DNA of 64,000 nt from an uncultured virus (IMG/VR IMGVR_UViG_3300032047_003368) (IMGVR_UViG_3300032047_003368); one strand, 5' to 3'. Positions 53,929-63,164 are shown, counted from the first letter of the stretch. Notes: generated from the letters alone by a model not told the origin. Translations and numbers: made by a program.

Positions 53929-53929
53929 T

Positions 53930-54355
53930 TTATTCGCATACACACGGAGGAAATGTTGGACAATCAAAACACTCAATAACTCTACCCAGACCCGAACCTG
54001 ACTTGCTTGATAATGTAAATCCAGGAATCGTAATCTCAGTTCCCTCTTGTATTTCTACGACATACGGTGTACCACATACTAACTTAGTAATACTCTGTCC
54101 ACTTTTTATATAACTTAACTTATCTACTACATCATGTACACTTGATGGCAGTGCTTCCCATGATGAAATTTGCTTTTGGTGCTGAGATTGAGTCCATGTT
54201 TTATATACAAACCCCCGATCAGCCACTTGCATCACCATAATTAAATTCTCGTATTGAGGTTTAATAATAGACTCTGTTGTATATAAGTCCAAATCACTAC
54301 ACGACTCACATCCACCGTACCAACCTATATTAATATTATTTTTTAACAAACCCAT
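53930..54355 (-). CDS. stand-alone WYG-C-domain protein
   Basis: IGWYGGCESC...KLVCGTPY; closely similar to the N-terminus of the next gene. Confidence 0.65.
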   Translation of the reverse strand: MGLLKNNINIGWYGGCESCSDLDLYTTESIIKPQYENLIMVMQVADRGFVYKTWTQSQHQKQISSWEALPSSVHDVVDKLSYIKSGQSITKLVCGTPYVVEIQEGTEITIPGFTLSSKSGSGLGRVIECFDCPTFPPCVCE

Positions 54356-54379
54356 GTGTCGGTATATCCTATAAAAAGT

Positions 54380-55378
54380 TTATCCACCACAACTACAATT
54401 TCCAAGTTCACCAAGTGGTACTAAATTTACTTCAGATAATTGTGGACAGACACATCCTTCATAGCAATCATCGTTGGCCAAAGTGACTTGAATTTTTCCC
54501 TGATACTGACGACCAAATGCCATCTCCCCATGCTTGAAAGTAAAGTCAGATTGATTAAAAAACCCGTCATTTTCAAAATTTTGCATAGATTGTAAATCCA
54601 TAGGTGGCATTGGGTCTGATGCAGTTGCTCCATTGTGGCACATTTTTGCAATATTTAATTCAGGTTTTATTTCTGAAAACGGTCCTTTTGATTTTTGCAA
54701 CTCAACATAACCATATTCCTTTCCTGTTTGAAGTTTAGATGGATCAAAATTTTCACCAAGTTCTTCTTCGGATGTAGATTCCGTATGTGTATATGAAAAC
54801 TCACTACAGCAAGGAAGAGCAGGTTTATCAGGAGCAACGACTTCAAAAAATGAAGTTTCTTCATCTACATAATTACCGTTATCATCTGTGGCAAATACCG
54901 TAATTGTGTGCTTTCCAACAGGTGCGGTGAATGTAGTCTGAGTTAGTCCGATCACATTTTCTTTCTCTCCTCCATTTATACTATATGCCCACAAACTTGT
55001 ATTTTCCAGTGAAACATCAAGCACAATATTATTTACATCTTGCTGTAACACATCAATATTTTCAATAGAAATTTCAATATCAACTTCACAACATTTTGAT
55101 AAATTTTTTCCAGATGAACTGAGTGTATGAAAATTAGGTATGTCAAATGCTTCTACGGGACTTGTTTCATTTATCACCATATAAAATTTACCACATTTTA
55201 GTTTTGCAAATGGAAATGGCAATGTGTTAGGCATGGTATTATATGATCCACCTTCAGATGTTGTTTCCACGAACTTGACCTTTCCCAGTAAAGTCTGCCC
55301 TAGTTCACGTACCTGTACATCTGTACAGTCACAACCTCCGTACCACCCCATAGTATATCTGTTTGTAATTTGTGCCAT
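54380..55378 (-). CDS. WYG-C-domain protein with an Ig-like segment and a C-terminal CC domain
   Basis: MGWYGGCDC...KLKCGKFY; YSING...GKHTITVFATD; start at MAQITNR. Confidence 0.6.
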   Translation of the reverse strand: MAQITNRYTMGWYGGCDCTDVQVRELGQTLLGKVKFVETTSEGGSYNTMPNTLPFPFAKLKCGKFYMVINETSPVEAFDIPNFHTLSSSGKNLSKCCEVDIEISIENIDVLQQDVNNIVLDVSLENTSLWAYSINGGEKENVIGLTQTTFTAPVGKHTITVFATDDNGNYVDEETSFFEVVAPDKPALPCCSEFSYTHTESTSEEELGENFDPSKLQTGKEYGYVELQKSKGPFSEIKPELNIAKMCHNGATASDPMPPMDLQSMQNFENDGFFNQSDFTFKHGEMAFGRQYQGKIQVTLANDDCYEGCVCPQLSEVNLVPLGELGNCSCGG

Positions 55379-55434
55379 AATTACTATAAATATATACAAA
55401 TTATGGTTTTGTATAAAATGACCGATAAAATTTA

Positions 55435-55773
55435 CTAAGCAAGATGTTTAAGTTGATTTATAACACAATTAAGTGTCTCGGCAGATAGAGTTTGAACAGA
55501 AATATTACCACGGATACATGATATTAAAATTCCAGATTCCATACCTGGTTCTACAAAATCGTCAACAAAATCAAAAGCACCACGACTTTTCAACCAATAC
55601 CAATATAAGTCAAAATCTGATTTACTGCACTCGACAAGTATATTAAGTTTTAAAAAAACACTAGCATACATACTAACATCTCTAAACACCGAATGTTCTG
55701 AGGGTGGTTCTGTTAGTACCGCATCTACAATTAAATTCCTATTCATCTGAATTGGAGTCAGTGCTATCGCCAA
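55435..55773 (-). CDS. hypothetical protein
   Basis: ORF in the co-oriented array; start may be 55746. Confidence 0.55.
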   Translation of the reverse strand: MAIALTPIQMNRNLIVDAVLTEPPSEHSVFRDVSMYASVFLKLNILVECSKSDFDLYWYWLKSRGAFDFVDDFVEPGMESGILISCIRGNISVQTLSAETLNCVINQLKHLA

Positions 55774-56116
55774 GTTCCAAATTTAATTTATTTATAATAT
55801 ATGTTAGTAGATATGCCCAATCGTCTGGATCAGTAGTTTTTTTCATCATAAATTCAATAATAGCATATGCTAATTTATTAAGTTCAGGATCATCAGTTTG
55901 TTCAGCAGATATAGTATTGTTCGTTTCGTATCCAGGAATGTCAACTCCGTCGGAACTTAAAAGTTTAGAAATTTTTGCAAGTTCTTTTATGTCATCTGAT
56001 GAGTTGGCAACCGTTTGATAAGTATCCATAAAATCTTTTAAAGATGTTTGACTGACTACATCAAATTCGGGTAGTATACCGTATTTTTGCAGTAAATGTA
56101 CATTATCATCACTCAT
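55739..56116 (-). CDS. hypothetical acidic protein
   Basis: ORF preceded by the TATTTATA motif. Confidence 0.6.
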   Translation of the reverse strand: MSDDNVHLLQKYGILPEFDVVSQTSLKDFMDTYQTVANSSDDIKELAKISKLLSSDGVDIPGYETNNTISAEQTDDPELNKLAYAIIEFMMKKTTDPDDWAYLLTYIINKLNLELGDSTDSNSDE

Positions 56117-56139
56117 ACTGATTATAAATATGCAACCAT

Positions 56140-56610
56140 TTAAAATTTATTTACACCGAATAAATTTCCGTGGGTATTGTGGTAGCAATTATAGCAAACT
56201 ATTTCTAAATTTTCTAATATGTGATTACTTCGGTCACCGTCCTTGAACGCAAGTATCAGTGGAATTTTTCCATCGGTTATCCTTGGTTCATTGTATCCAC
56301 ACACTTCGCATATCTGTTGCTTAAGACTGGCTGCAAATATTTTTTTAAGTAGACGATGTGGGTGATATCCAGGATGCATCCCCATCAAAATTTCTTCCAA
56401 TGGATATTTTCCTTTGTATGGATTGTGTACTTTGGGACGACCCGTTGCATCTGTACATTTACACCGTTCCATTATGTCGTACATCTTGGCATACTTTTTG
56501 TAGGTATTGTAACTTACATTAAGTTTTCTTGCCGCCTCCGCGGCGGAATGACTTTCGTCTTGAGCTATTATCATCTCAGATTCTAGTAAAGGTCTGCTTA
56601 TACCGGGCAT
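56140..56610 (-). CDS. HTH + degenerate HNH/Zn-finger protein
   Basis: AAEAARKLNVSYNTY (HTH); CEVCG...FKDGDRSNHILENLEIVCYNC. Confidence 0.65.
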   Translation of the reverse strand: MPGISRPLLESEMIIAQDESHSAAEAARKLNVSYNTYKKYAKMYDIMERCKCTDATGRPKVHNPYKGKYPLEEILMGMHPGYHPHRLLKKIFAASLKQQICEVCGYNEPRITDGKIPLILAFKDGDRSNHILENLEIVCYNCYHNTHGNLFGVNKF

Positions 56611-56644
56611 ATATAAATATATATTGAATTACTGAAAATCGTGC

Positions 56645-57517
56645 CTACAATTTCTTATTTTTTTTAAATATTTCAAGAAAAACATTTTCTTTATTTTTAG
56701 AAATATCAATATTGACATTGTCCTGAAATATTGTAATCATTTTGATTAAAAGTTCGTACATCATTTGGACGTCTGCGTTCGCGGTATGCCAGTCCGTGGC
56801 ATCAATTTGCATTGCAGATGCAAGATCACCCAACCGTGAACTAAAATGAATTTTGTTTTTATGTCCCGGTCTATGTCGTGCTAAGCTAGATAAAATATCA
56901 GTTGCTTTTGAGTTTTTAGTCATAGTTTTTAAAGTTGGTATGAAAAAAAATCTGGAAATTTTTAAAGTATCAAGTATTTCTGCATCAGGAAGTTCCAATC
57001 CATATTTTTGACCACGGGTTAATATATAGTTTATATCAAATTCAGTATTGTGAGCAACTAAAACTGGATTTGGAGTTTTTTCAATAAATTTAAAAAATTC
57101 CGCGATTGCAAATTTCTCCACAACATATTCAGACGATTTTTTATAGTACTTGGTAAATTCAAGAATTTCAGAAGGTGTAGTGAATGCTGTTTTACCACGA
57201 CGTTTTTGTCGTCTTTCCCAATTGTATCGTTCAACTGAATCTGAGTCTTCAATTAAACTTTTTGCAGATTCTGATAAAATTATTTTATACTCAAGGTGGT
57301 CAGATGTTTTTAATGTATCACCGCACATTTTAGTGGATGCTATCTCAATAATTTGCTCATACTCAAATGTAGGATGAAATCCAAGTGTTTCTAGATCAAA
57401 GAAAATTAAATTTTTGTTTTTAAAATTAAGATATTCGTTTACTAAACTTGGTAATGTTATTTTTAAAATTTGTTTGGTTGCAGGTAGTATCTCATTCCAC
57501 TTTTTTTTGTATGGCAT
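56645..57517 (-). CDS. DEDDh 3'-5' exonuclease (DnaQ-like)
   Basis: FFDLETLG, VAHNTEFD, LDTL and HTANADV motifs. Confidence 0.85.
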   Translation of the reverse strand: MPYKKKWNEILPATKQILKITLPSLVNEYLNFKNKNLIFFDLETLGFHPTFEYEQIIEIASTKMCGDTLKTSDHLEYKIILSESAKSLIEDSDSVERYNWERRQKRRGKTAFTTPSEILEFTKYYKKSSEYVVEKFAIAEFFKFIEKTPNPVLVAHNTEFDINYILTRGQKYGLELPDAEILDTLKISRFFFIPTLKTMTKNSKATDILSSLARHRPGHKNKIHFSSRLGDLASAMQIDATDWHTANADVQMMYELLIKMITIFQDNVNIDISKNKENVFLEIFKKNKKL

Positions 57518-57529
57518 ATATATAAATAT

Positions 57530-58156
57530 ATGACAGACGATAATTTAGATGGCAACTGGATAAGAAACTACTTTAATAACATTTTTAATAGATTGTCTCC
57601 ACTTGAAAACAAAACAAACTCTTTTGAGCAAAAGATTACATCACTCGAAAATGTTGATGTTTCTCAAAATAACACACTAAACTCTTTGTTGGATAGAATG
57701 AACAAAGCGGAACAGAATATATCGGAAAATAAAAAACTCATAAATGAATTAAAACTATTAGATGACAAATGGAATTCGTCTACGGGTGGTAGTCACGATC
57801 CACAAATTCCTTATTATATTCATAGAAAAAATGAAAAATATGACTACTTTGTAAGAACCTTCATTGTTGCTGAAAAAAACATAAATAATCAATTAAATTA
57901 CTATGGTGGCCAGGGGTGGATGGTGATATCAATGGGAATGGTAAACGAAGAATCAGGAACATCTGAGCTAACCATGAAAAAACTCGAAGCTTCATCAGTA
58001 AAATTTAATTACATTTGCTTTAAGTATGAGGTAAAAGCTACTAAAAAATTTGCAAGTATATTAAACGAAAGCAACAAACAAGGGTATGATTATACTACCG
58101 ATGCAGTTTTTACAAAATCACATTCTTATTGCTTGATGACAAAAACAATTTATTGA
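57530..58156 (+). CDS. hypothetical protein with an N-terminal coiled coil
   Basis: Fills the gap between minus-strand genes; heptad-like N-terminus; LNYYGGQGW / LNESNKQGY repeat. Confidence 0.65.
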   Translation: MTDDNLDGNWIRNYFNNIFNRLSPLENKTNSFEQKITSLENVDVSQNNTLNSLLDRMNKAEQNISENKKLINELKLLDDKWNSSTGGSHDPQIPYYIHRKNEKYDYFVRTFIVAEKNINNQLNYYGGQGWMVISMGMVNEESGTSELTMKKLEASSVKFNYICFKYEVKATKKFASILNESNKQGYDYTTDAVFTKSHSYCLMTKTIY

Positions 58157-59595
58157 GGATGATCCACTAAATACTTTTCAAGTTTTGGATAAATCTTGCT
58201 GGCACTTACCCGTGGGTTCTCCAAATACTCGTCTTTTACAATTGCCAGTAAATCACCGATAATTCTACCAGGTTTTAATTTGAATTTCTTTTTGATATCA
58301 TCTCCATTGATTGGAAGTTTCAATTTTCCTTGTGGTATTCCAAGTGTATCAAGACGTTTACGAATTGCTTCAATTTGATTTGGCATATCAAATCCTGCTT
58401 CGTGTGCAATGTTATCTGCATGAATTAAATTAAGAACGTCTTCTATATGGTCACCCATATTTACTTTGAATTTCCGAAGTGTTTTGTCAGTTGCTCCAAA
58501 CGAATCGGGTCCTCCGTGTTTTAATTTCATATGACTTGCAACACCTGTTACTACTGCTTTGATAATATCATTTGGATATTTCAATCGTTTTAAAATCTTT
58601 TGAGTCATTTCCGCACCAATTTTTTCGTGACCATAAAAATGAATTTCCTTTCCGATAACTTCTTTGGTTGCTTCTTTGCCTATGTCGTGGAACAATGCCA
58701 TCAAACGAGTAACAAGGTTCTTGGGAGTGCCTTTAACAACTGTAAGAGTATGTTCCATTGCATCTTCTTTATGATACTTGTTTTGTTCAAGTTTAATAAG
58801 ACGATCCAGTTCAGGAAAAACATATTTGCTGAGTCCTGTAATCTGAAGAAGTTTAATCGCACGATCAGGAGAATCGGTCATCAGCATTTTGTTGAGTTCT
58901 TCTTGAACTCGTTCTACACTTATTTGCTTGAGTTTACTTGCGTTGTTTTTAAGTGCCTTGATCATAAACAAAGGCAACTTCCAATTGTATTTCATTGTAA
59001 AACGAATCGCACGAAGCATACGAAGTGGGTCTTCCGAGAAAATTACATTAGGATCAAGTGGTGTTCTTACTACACCGTCTTTGATGTCTTGCTTACCCAT
59101 ACCGGTTAAATCTAGTATTTCACCTGTGCTTAAATTTTTAAGCAAACTATTTGTTGTGAAGTCTCGGCGATCTACATCATCTTTAAGTGATCCCGAATCA
59201 ACTTTTGGTTTACGACTTCCTTCTTCGTATTCCTCAGTACGAGGCATAACACAATCAATATCCATATCATCAAGTTTAAATCCTTTGTGTTCTACTCCAA
59301 CTAAATTAAACTTCGCAGTTCCGTACGTTTCATAGGTTACAGGATTTGATCCTTTTTTATAGTTACCTATTTTCTTGGTTGCCCATTCTGCAAACTTTGC
59401 TCCTCCATCCTCAAGATTAATAACAAAGTCTAAATCGTTTGCATCAATTCCCATAAGTTCATCACGAACTGCGCCTCCTGCAAGAAATACTTTTCCTTCG
59501 TATGGACTTTTTCTAATAAGTTGTTTGAGGAAGTCAAGTGCAGCGTTTTCTTTTGCACCCTCCATCAATAAATTTTTTAATTTAATAATTGCCAT
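58150..59595 (-). CDS. cca: CCA-adding tRNA nucleotidyltransferase with an HD domain
   Basis: GGAVRD...DLD, DVDRRDFTTN, EDPLRMLRAIRF, SVERVQEE and H...LFHDIGK...GHE motifs. Confidence 0.88.
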   Translation of the reverse strand: MAIIKLKNLLMEGAKENAALDFLKQLIRKSPYEGKVFLAGGAVRDELMGIDANDLDFVINLEDGGAKFAEWATKKIGNYKKGSNPVTYETYGTAKFNLVGVEHKGFKLDDMDIDCVMPRTEEYEEGSRKPKVDSGSLKDDVDRRDFTTNSLLKNLSTGEILDLTGMGKQDIKDGVVRTPLDPNVIFSEDPLRMLRAIRFTMKYNWKLPLFMIKALKNNASKLKQISVERVQEELNKMLMTDSPDRAIKLLQITGLSKYVFPELDRLIKLEQNKYHKEDAMEHTLTVVKGTPKNLVTRLMALFHDIGKEATKEVIGKEIHFYGHEKIGAEMTQKILKRLKYPNDIIKAVVTGVASHMKLKHGGPDSFGATDKTLRKFKVNMGDHIEDVLNLIHADNIAHEAGFDMPNQIEAIRKRLDTLGIPQGKLKLPINGDDIKKKFKLKPGRIIGDLLAIVKDEYLENPRVSASKIYPKLEKYLVDHPQ

Positions 59596-59599
59596 TTTA

Positions 59600-60124
59600 T
59601 TATCCCACAAATTTCAATTTTACCTTATTTGTGTTCCAAATGCAACCACTACTTACATCCCAATCTTTTAACCACTTTGCTTCAGGCATTAGTTTCTTGG
59701 GAAACGGAAATACTTCTATTCCGTCATAATCTTTTGCAACGATACTCCAATCAACAAAAAAGGTATGAAATTCAGATTCTTTTGTTCCGTCAAATTTTGT
59801 GTATTGTTTGGTAAACTCAATAATATCTTTTTCTGAATTAAGTTTACGAAGTTTACAACCACTTACATCTACTTTGTAATACCAATTGTACTGTGATTCA
59901 AATCCACCACCGACACTATTTACATAATCTGTCCACTCGTTTCCAAATGCATACCAAAATCCGTTTGGTTTTTTATGAAGTTTCTGAGATGATGCTTTGT
60001 ATTTACGCAGAATTGTTTTAGAATCAATTTTGTTCATTTCCGCATGAACTCGTTCGGTTCTTGCGAATGATGGCTTATCAAATAATCCTTCTGGCAATAA
60101 ATTTCTAAGTTTTATGTTGGACAT
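59600..60124 (-). CDS. conserved hypothetical protein
   Basis: KPNGFWY, DWSIVAKDYDGIE and WDVSSGCIWN motifs; N-terminal IKLRNLLPE. Confidence 0.65.
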   Translation of the reverse strand: MSNIKLRNLLPEGLFDKPSFARTERVHAEMNKIDSKTILRKYKASSQKLHKKPNGFWYAFGNEWTDYVNSVGGGFESQYNWYYKVDVSGCKLRKLNSEKDIIEFTKQYTKFDGTKESEFHTFFVDWSIVAKDYDGIEVFPFPKKLMPEAKWLKDWDVSSGCIWNTNKVKLKFVG

Positions 60125-60151
60125 AAAACATAAATATATACAACTTTTTAT

Positions 60152-61378
60152 TTATGCCAACAACTTAAGAACTGAGATTAACTCTTTTATTTCTCGTTTT
60201 GTATTGTAATGAAGCATTCCAATTCTTAATAAACCATCTTTCTCTAGATTGTATTCACGAACCACATCCAAAGCATAAAAATGACCACTCCAAGCAAATA
60301 TTCCATGCTTTGCTAAATATTCCGCAACTTGGTGTGATGTTTTTCCGTTGATTGTTAATCCAAATGTAGGAGTTCGTTTTGCTACATCATTAACATCAGA
60401 TAATCCATACAACTTAACGTGCGTTAACACCGAAATTTTTTGCAGAAAGTAACGAGTCAACTCATTTTCATATTCAACGATACTCTGATAAGCAAGTTCC
60501 AAATTTTTTCGTGTTGGACTTGAATTATCTGACAATGAAATAATGTACTTGATTGTGCTTGGAATAGCTGCAATTGCAGAAAAGTCTGGGGTACCTGTTT
60601 CCCAACAATTTGGAATTTTATCAATTCCAGGTTCTACTTTATACGGAGAAAAGTTCTGCAAATGCTTTTTCTTTGCGAATACTGCACTTACATGAGGTCC
60701 AAAATACTTGTAGATACTTGTTACCAAAAAGTCACAATCCAAGTCTTGTACATCAATTAAACCATGAGGAGCATAATGAACTGCATCAACAAAGACCATT
60801 GCACCTTTCGTATGAGCAATTTTTGTAATTTCTTTAATTGGATTAATCGTACCTAACGCATTGCAAGCATAATTTACCGCAACAATTTTTGTTTTGGTAG
60901 TAATTGCTTTTTCAAAGTCATCTAAATTGTATTCACCTGTATTTGTATCAAAACCAATTGAAGTTACTTTACAATTTTTGTCTTTAGCAACTTCTACCCA
61001 CGGAGAAACATTTGCAAAATGATCTAATTTTGTAACTATGATTTCATCTTCAGATGTCCAATTTCTACACAACGCACGACTAAATTGAAATATACTCGTT
61101 GTTGCATTCGCACCCATTACGATCTCGGTGTCATCACAATTCATAAACAATGCGAGAGATGCTCTTGCTCGTTCAACTGCTTCATTTGTATTTACACTCG
61201 TTTCAAAGTATCCACCTGCGTTTGCTTTGTCGTTTAAAACATGATCAGTATAAGAACGATGAACTCGTTTAGGCATTTGAGACGCACCTGGTCCATCAAA
61301 GTAAATTGCAGGTTTTCCATTAAGTGCTTTTCGTTTCAACGCAGGAAACGAACTTCTTATTTGCCCTACATCCTTCAT
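60152..61378 (-). CDS. cysteine desulfurase-like class V PLP enzyme
   Basis: YFDGPGASQ, LDHFANVSPW, VDAVHYAPH, SIYKYFGPH and ETGT motifs. Confidence 0.85.
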   Translation of the reverse strand: MKDVGQIRSSFPALKRKALNGKPAIYFDGPGASQMPKRVHRSYTDHVLNDKANAGGYFETSVNTNEAVERARASLALFMNCDDTEIVMGANATTSIFQFSRALCRNWTSEDEIIVTKLDHFANVSPWVEVAKDKNCKVTSIGFDTNTGEYNLDDFEKAITTKTKIVAVNYACNALGTINPIKEITKIAHTKGAMVFVDAVHYAPHGLIDVQDLDCDFLVTSIYKYFGPHVSAVFAKKKHLQNFSPYKVEPGIDKIPNCWETGTPDFSAIAAIPSTIKYIISLSDNSSPTRKNLELAYQSIVEYENELTRYFLQKISVLTHVKLYGLSDVNDVAKRTPTFGLTINGKTSHQVAEYLAKHGIFAWSGHFYALDVVREYNLEKDGLLRIGMLHYNTKREIKELISVLKLLA

Positions 61379-62010
61379 GCAGTAAAAACGAATACATCTC
61401 TGTATCCGAGTTCCATATCCACCGGAGTTAATTTTGTTGCGTTGTGAAATACTTCACGATCATTCACCACAAGCAATTCATTTTCTTCAAGCATTTTTTC
61501 CAAAATTGCATCTTCATCTTCTTTACCAAGAAACAATTCACTTACACCACCATCTACTTTAATTCGTCTCGCACAAAAAATACCAATTACATCAAATCCA
61601 TCTTGATGCCTTCCTTCTGGAGCAGGTTCTCCTTTGATATATTCTGAACACAAAATACGCATTTGGTGAATTCCAATTTCTTGTATATAAGGATTAACTC
61701 CTGCGAGAGCTGCGAATCCTTCTACAATTTTTTGAAAGTCATCAGATAAAATAAGGTTCTCTTCAATTTCTTCATATTCTCTAACAACATCACCGAGCAA
61801 ATCATTTACATCTGCTGACTGAGTGAAAGTTTTATGTGGAAGAATCTCAAATTTTCCGTAATGATCTTTTTTAATAGACGAGAATCTTCGTTTTCTAAAA
61901 TTCCCCTTAACATACGGATCATATGGTAATTCTTCAAAGTATTTTTCAAACACACCGATATCAACCGATGTAAAGTTTCTAAGTTTATATTGCCAACTTA
62001 CTTGCTTCAT
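61375..62010 (-). CDS. 2OG-Fe(II) dioxygenase (PF10014-like)
   Basis: LPYDPY...R.RRFS, PEGRHQDG, H..T and RDV motifs; GGAGG RBS. Confidence 0.8.
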   Translation of the reverse strand: MKQVSWQYKLRNFTSVDIGVFEKYFEELPYDPYVKGNFRKRRFSSIKKDHYGKFEILPHKTFTQSADVNDLLGDVVREYEEIEENLILSDDFQKIVEGFAALAGVNPYIQEIGIHQMRILCSEYIKGEPAPEGRHQDGFDVIGIFCARRIKVDGGVSELFLGKEDEDAILEKMLEENELLVVNDREVFHNATKLTPVDMELGYRDVFVFTA

Positions 62011-62068
62011 TTTACACCTCCCATTTGTTTAATCATCTCTGATTATAAATAGTCAGATGTAATAGTTT

Positions 62069-62611
62069 TTATAATTTTGTATAACCTAGATTTTCAAAGT
62101 CATCTTCAAAGATGTAATTGATAAGCTCTATTGCGATTTTATCGTCATAGTGAGTTTCCCACTTTTTAACTACATCTGGATCCACATAGTACTTGATTGT
62201 ATTCAAACCTATATCTACGAGGTACTCATTTATAGTATGCCAACTTTTTAACAATTCTTCGTACTTAAAAATATCAATATCATCGTATGATTTTATATAA
62301 TCATGTTGTGAAGTAAAGTTATCATCGTTCACCGGATCACCCCACTTGTTTAAATTGTTCTCAAAGTACGTTGAAAAATTTTGAGATTTTAAATCATGTT
62401 CTTTTCTAAGTTGCATACCATTTTTATACAAAGATACAGCTCGTTGATACGGGTTTTGCACAATGCAGAGGTTATAATACTCAATTGAGTTATCTAACAA
62501 AACTCCGTCGTCTTTCAAATCACGATTAGATTCACGGAACGGATCGAGAAATAAATCACCACCACCAAAAGGAATTTCTATAAAGTTGAACCCGTGTTCA
62601 TTTGAAATCAT
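62069..62611 (-). CDS. degenerate sulfotransferase family 2-like protein
   Basis: MISNEHGFNFIEIP, VQNPYQRAVS and DDFENLGY; the PSB lysine is absent. Confidence 0.55.
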   Translation of the reverse strand: MISNEHGFNFIEIPFGGGDLFLDPFRESNRDLKDDGVLLDNSIEYYNLCIVQNPYQRAVSLYKNGMQLRKEHDLKSQNFSTYFENNLNKWGDPVNDDNFTSQHDYIKSYDDIDIFKYEELLKSWHTINEYLVDIGLNTIKYYVDPDVVKKWETHYDDKIAIELINYIFEDDFENLGYTKL

Positions 62612-62615
62612 TAAC

Positions 62616-63164
62616 TCACAACCCAAGTTCTTTAAGTTGAGAAATAGTTGAATTGGTGTTTCTATGCAAGATACCAATTCCACCTGATGAATTCCACTCT
62701 AAGATGTTTGACTTCAGATCATCAATCAATATAGAGTTTTTATTTGCAAACTCTCGTTTTTTATCTTTTGAACGAAAATGAATTTTTGGAGAACCGAGTT
62801 TTGCACACCACATTTTTTTTCCTTTGATACAAGTCTGTAAAACTCGTTTACTGGGAGCACTTAATATTTCTGTATCAAGTTTAGAAATGTAACTCCATAG
62901 TTTTTTACCCCCAGGGTTCCAAGACATATCAGACCAGAATTTCAAACCACCATCTTCTACAACTTTCCAAAATGCTTCTGTTCCATGAATTTTTTCGTAA
63001 CGAGCAGCTGCGTTGTTTGGTACATCATCTCGTTCAGATATATCTGTTTCACCAACCTGCTTGGCAAGTTTTATGAAGTCTCCACTGAAATCTGTGAGAA
63101 CTCCATCCATATCGCAATAGATTTTGTAGGAAGTTTTTTCTTTTATCAAACTTCTAAGTTTCAT
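62616..63164 (-). CDS. HAD-family 5'(3')-nucleotidase-like protein
   Basis: IYCDMDGVLTDF, ILSA, K..W and LIDD motifs. Confidence 0.8.
   Translation of the reverse strand: MKLRSLIKEKTSYKIYCDMDGVLTDFSGDFIKLAKQVGETDISERDDVPNNAAARYEKIHGTEAFWKVVEDGGLKFWSDMSWNPGGKKLWSYISKLDTEILSAPSKRVLQTCIKGKKMWCAKLGSPKIHFRSKDKKREFANKNSILIDDLKSNILEWNSSGGIGILHRNTNSTISQLKELGL

Noticed and set aside
10196..62051. Canonical T4 late promoters driving plus-strand transcription
   Set aside because: TATAAATA on + points away from the adjacent starts; its position correlates with minus-strand ATGs, so the sense motif is TATTTATA
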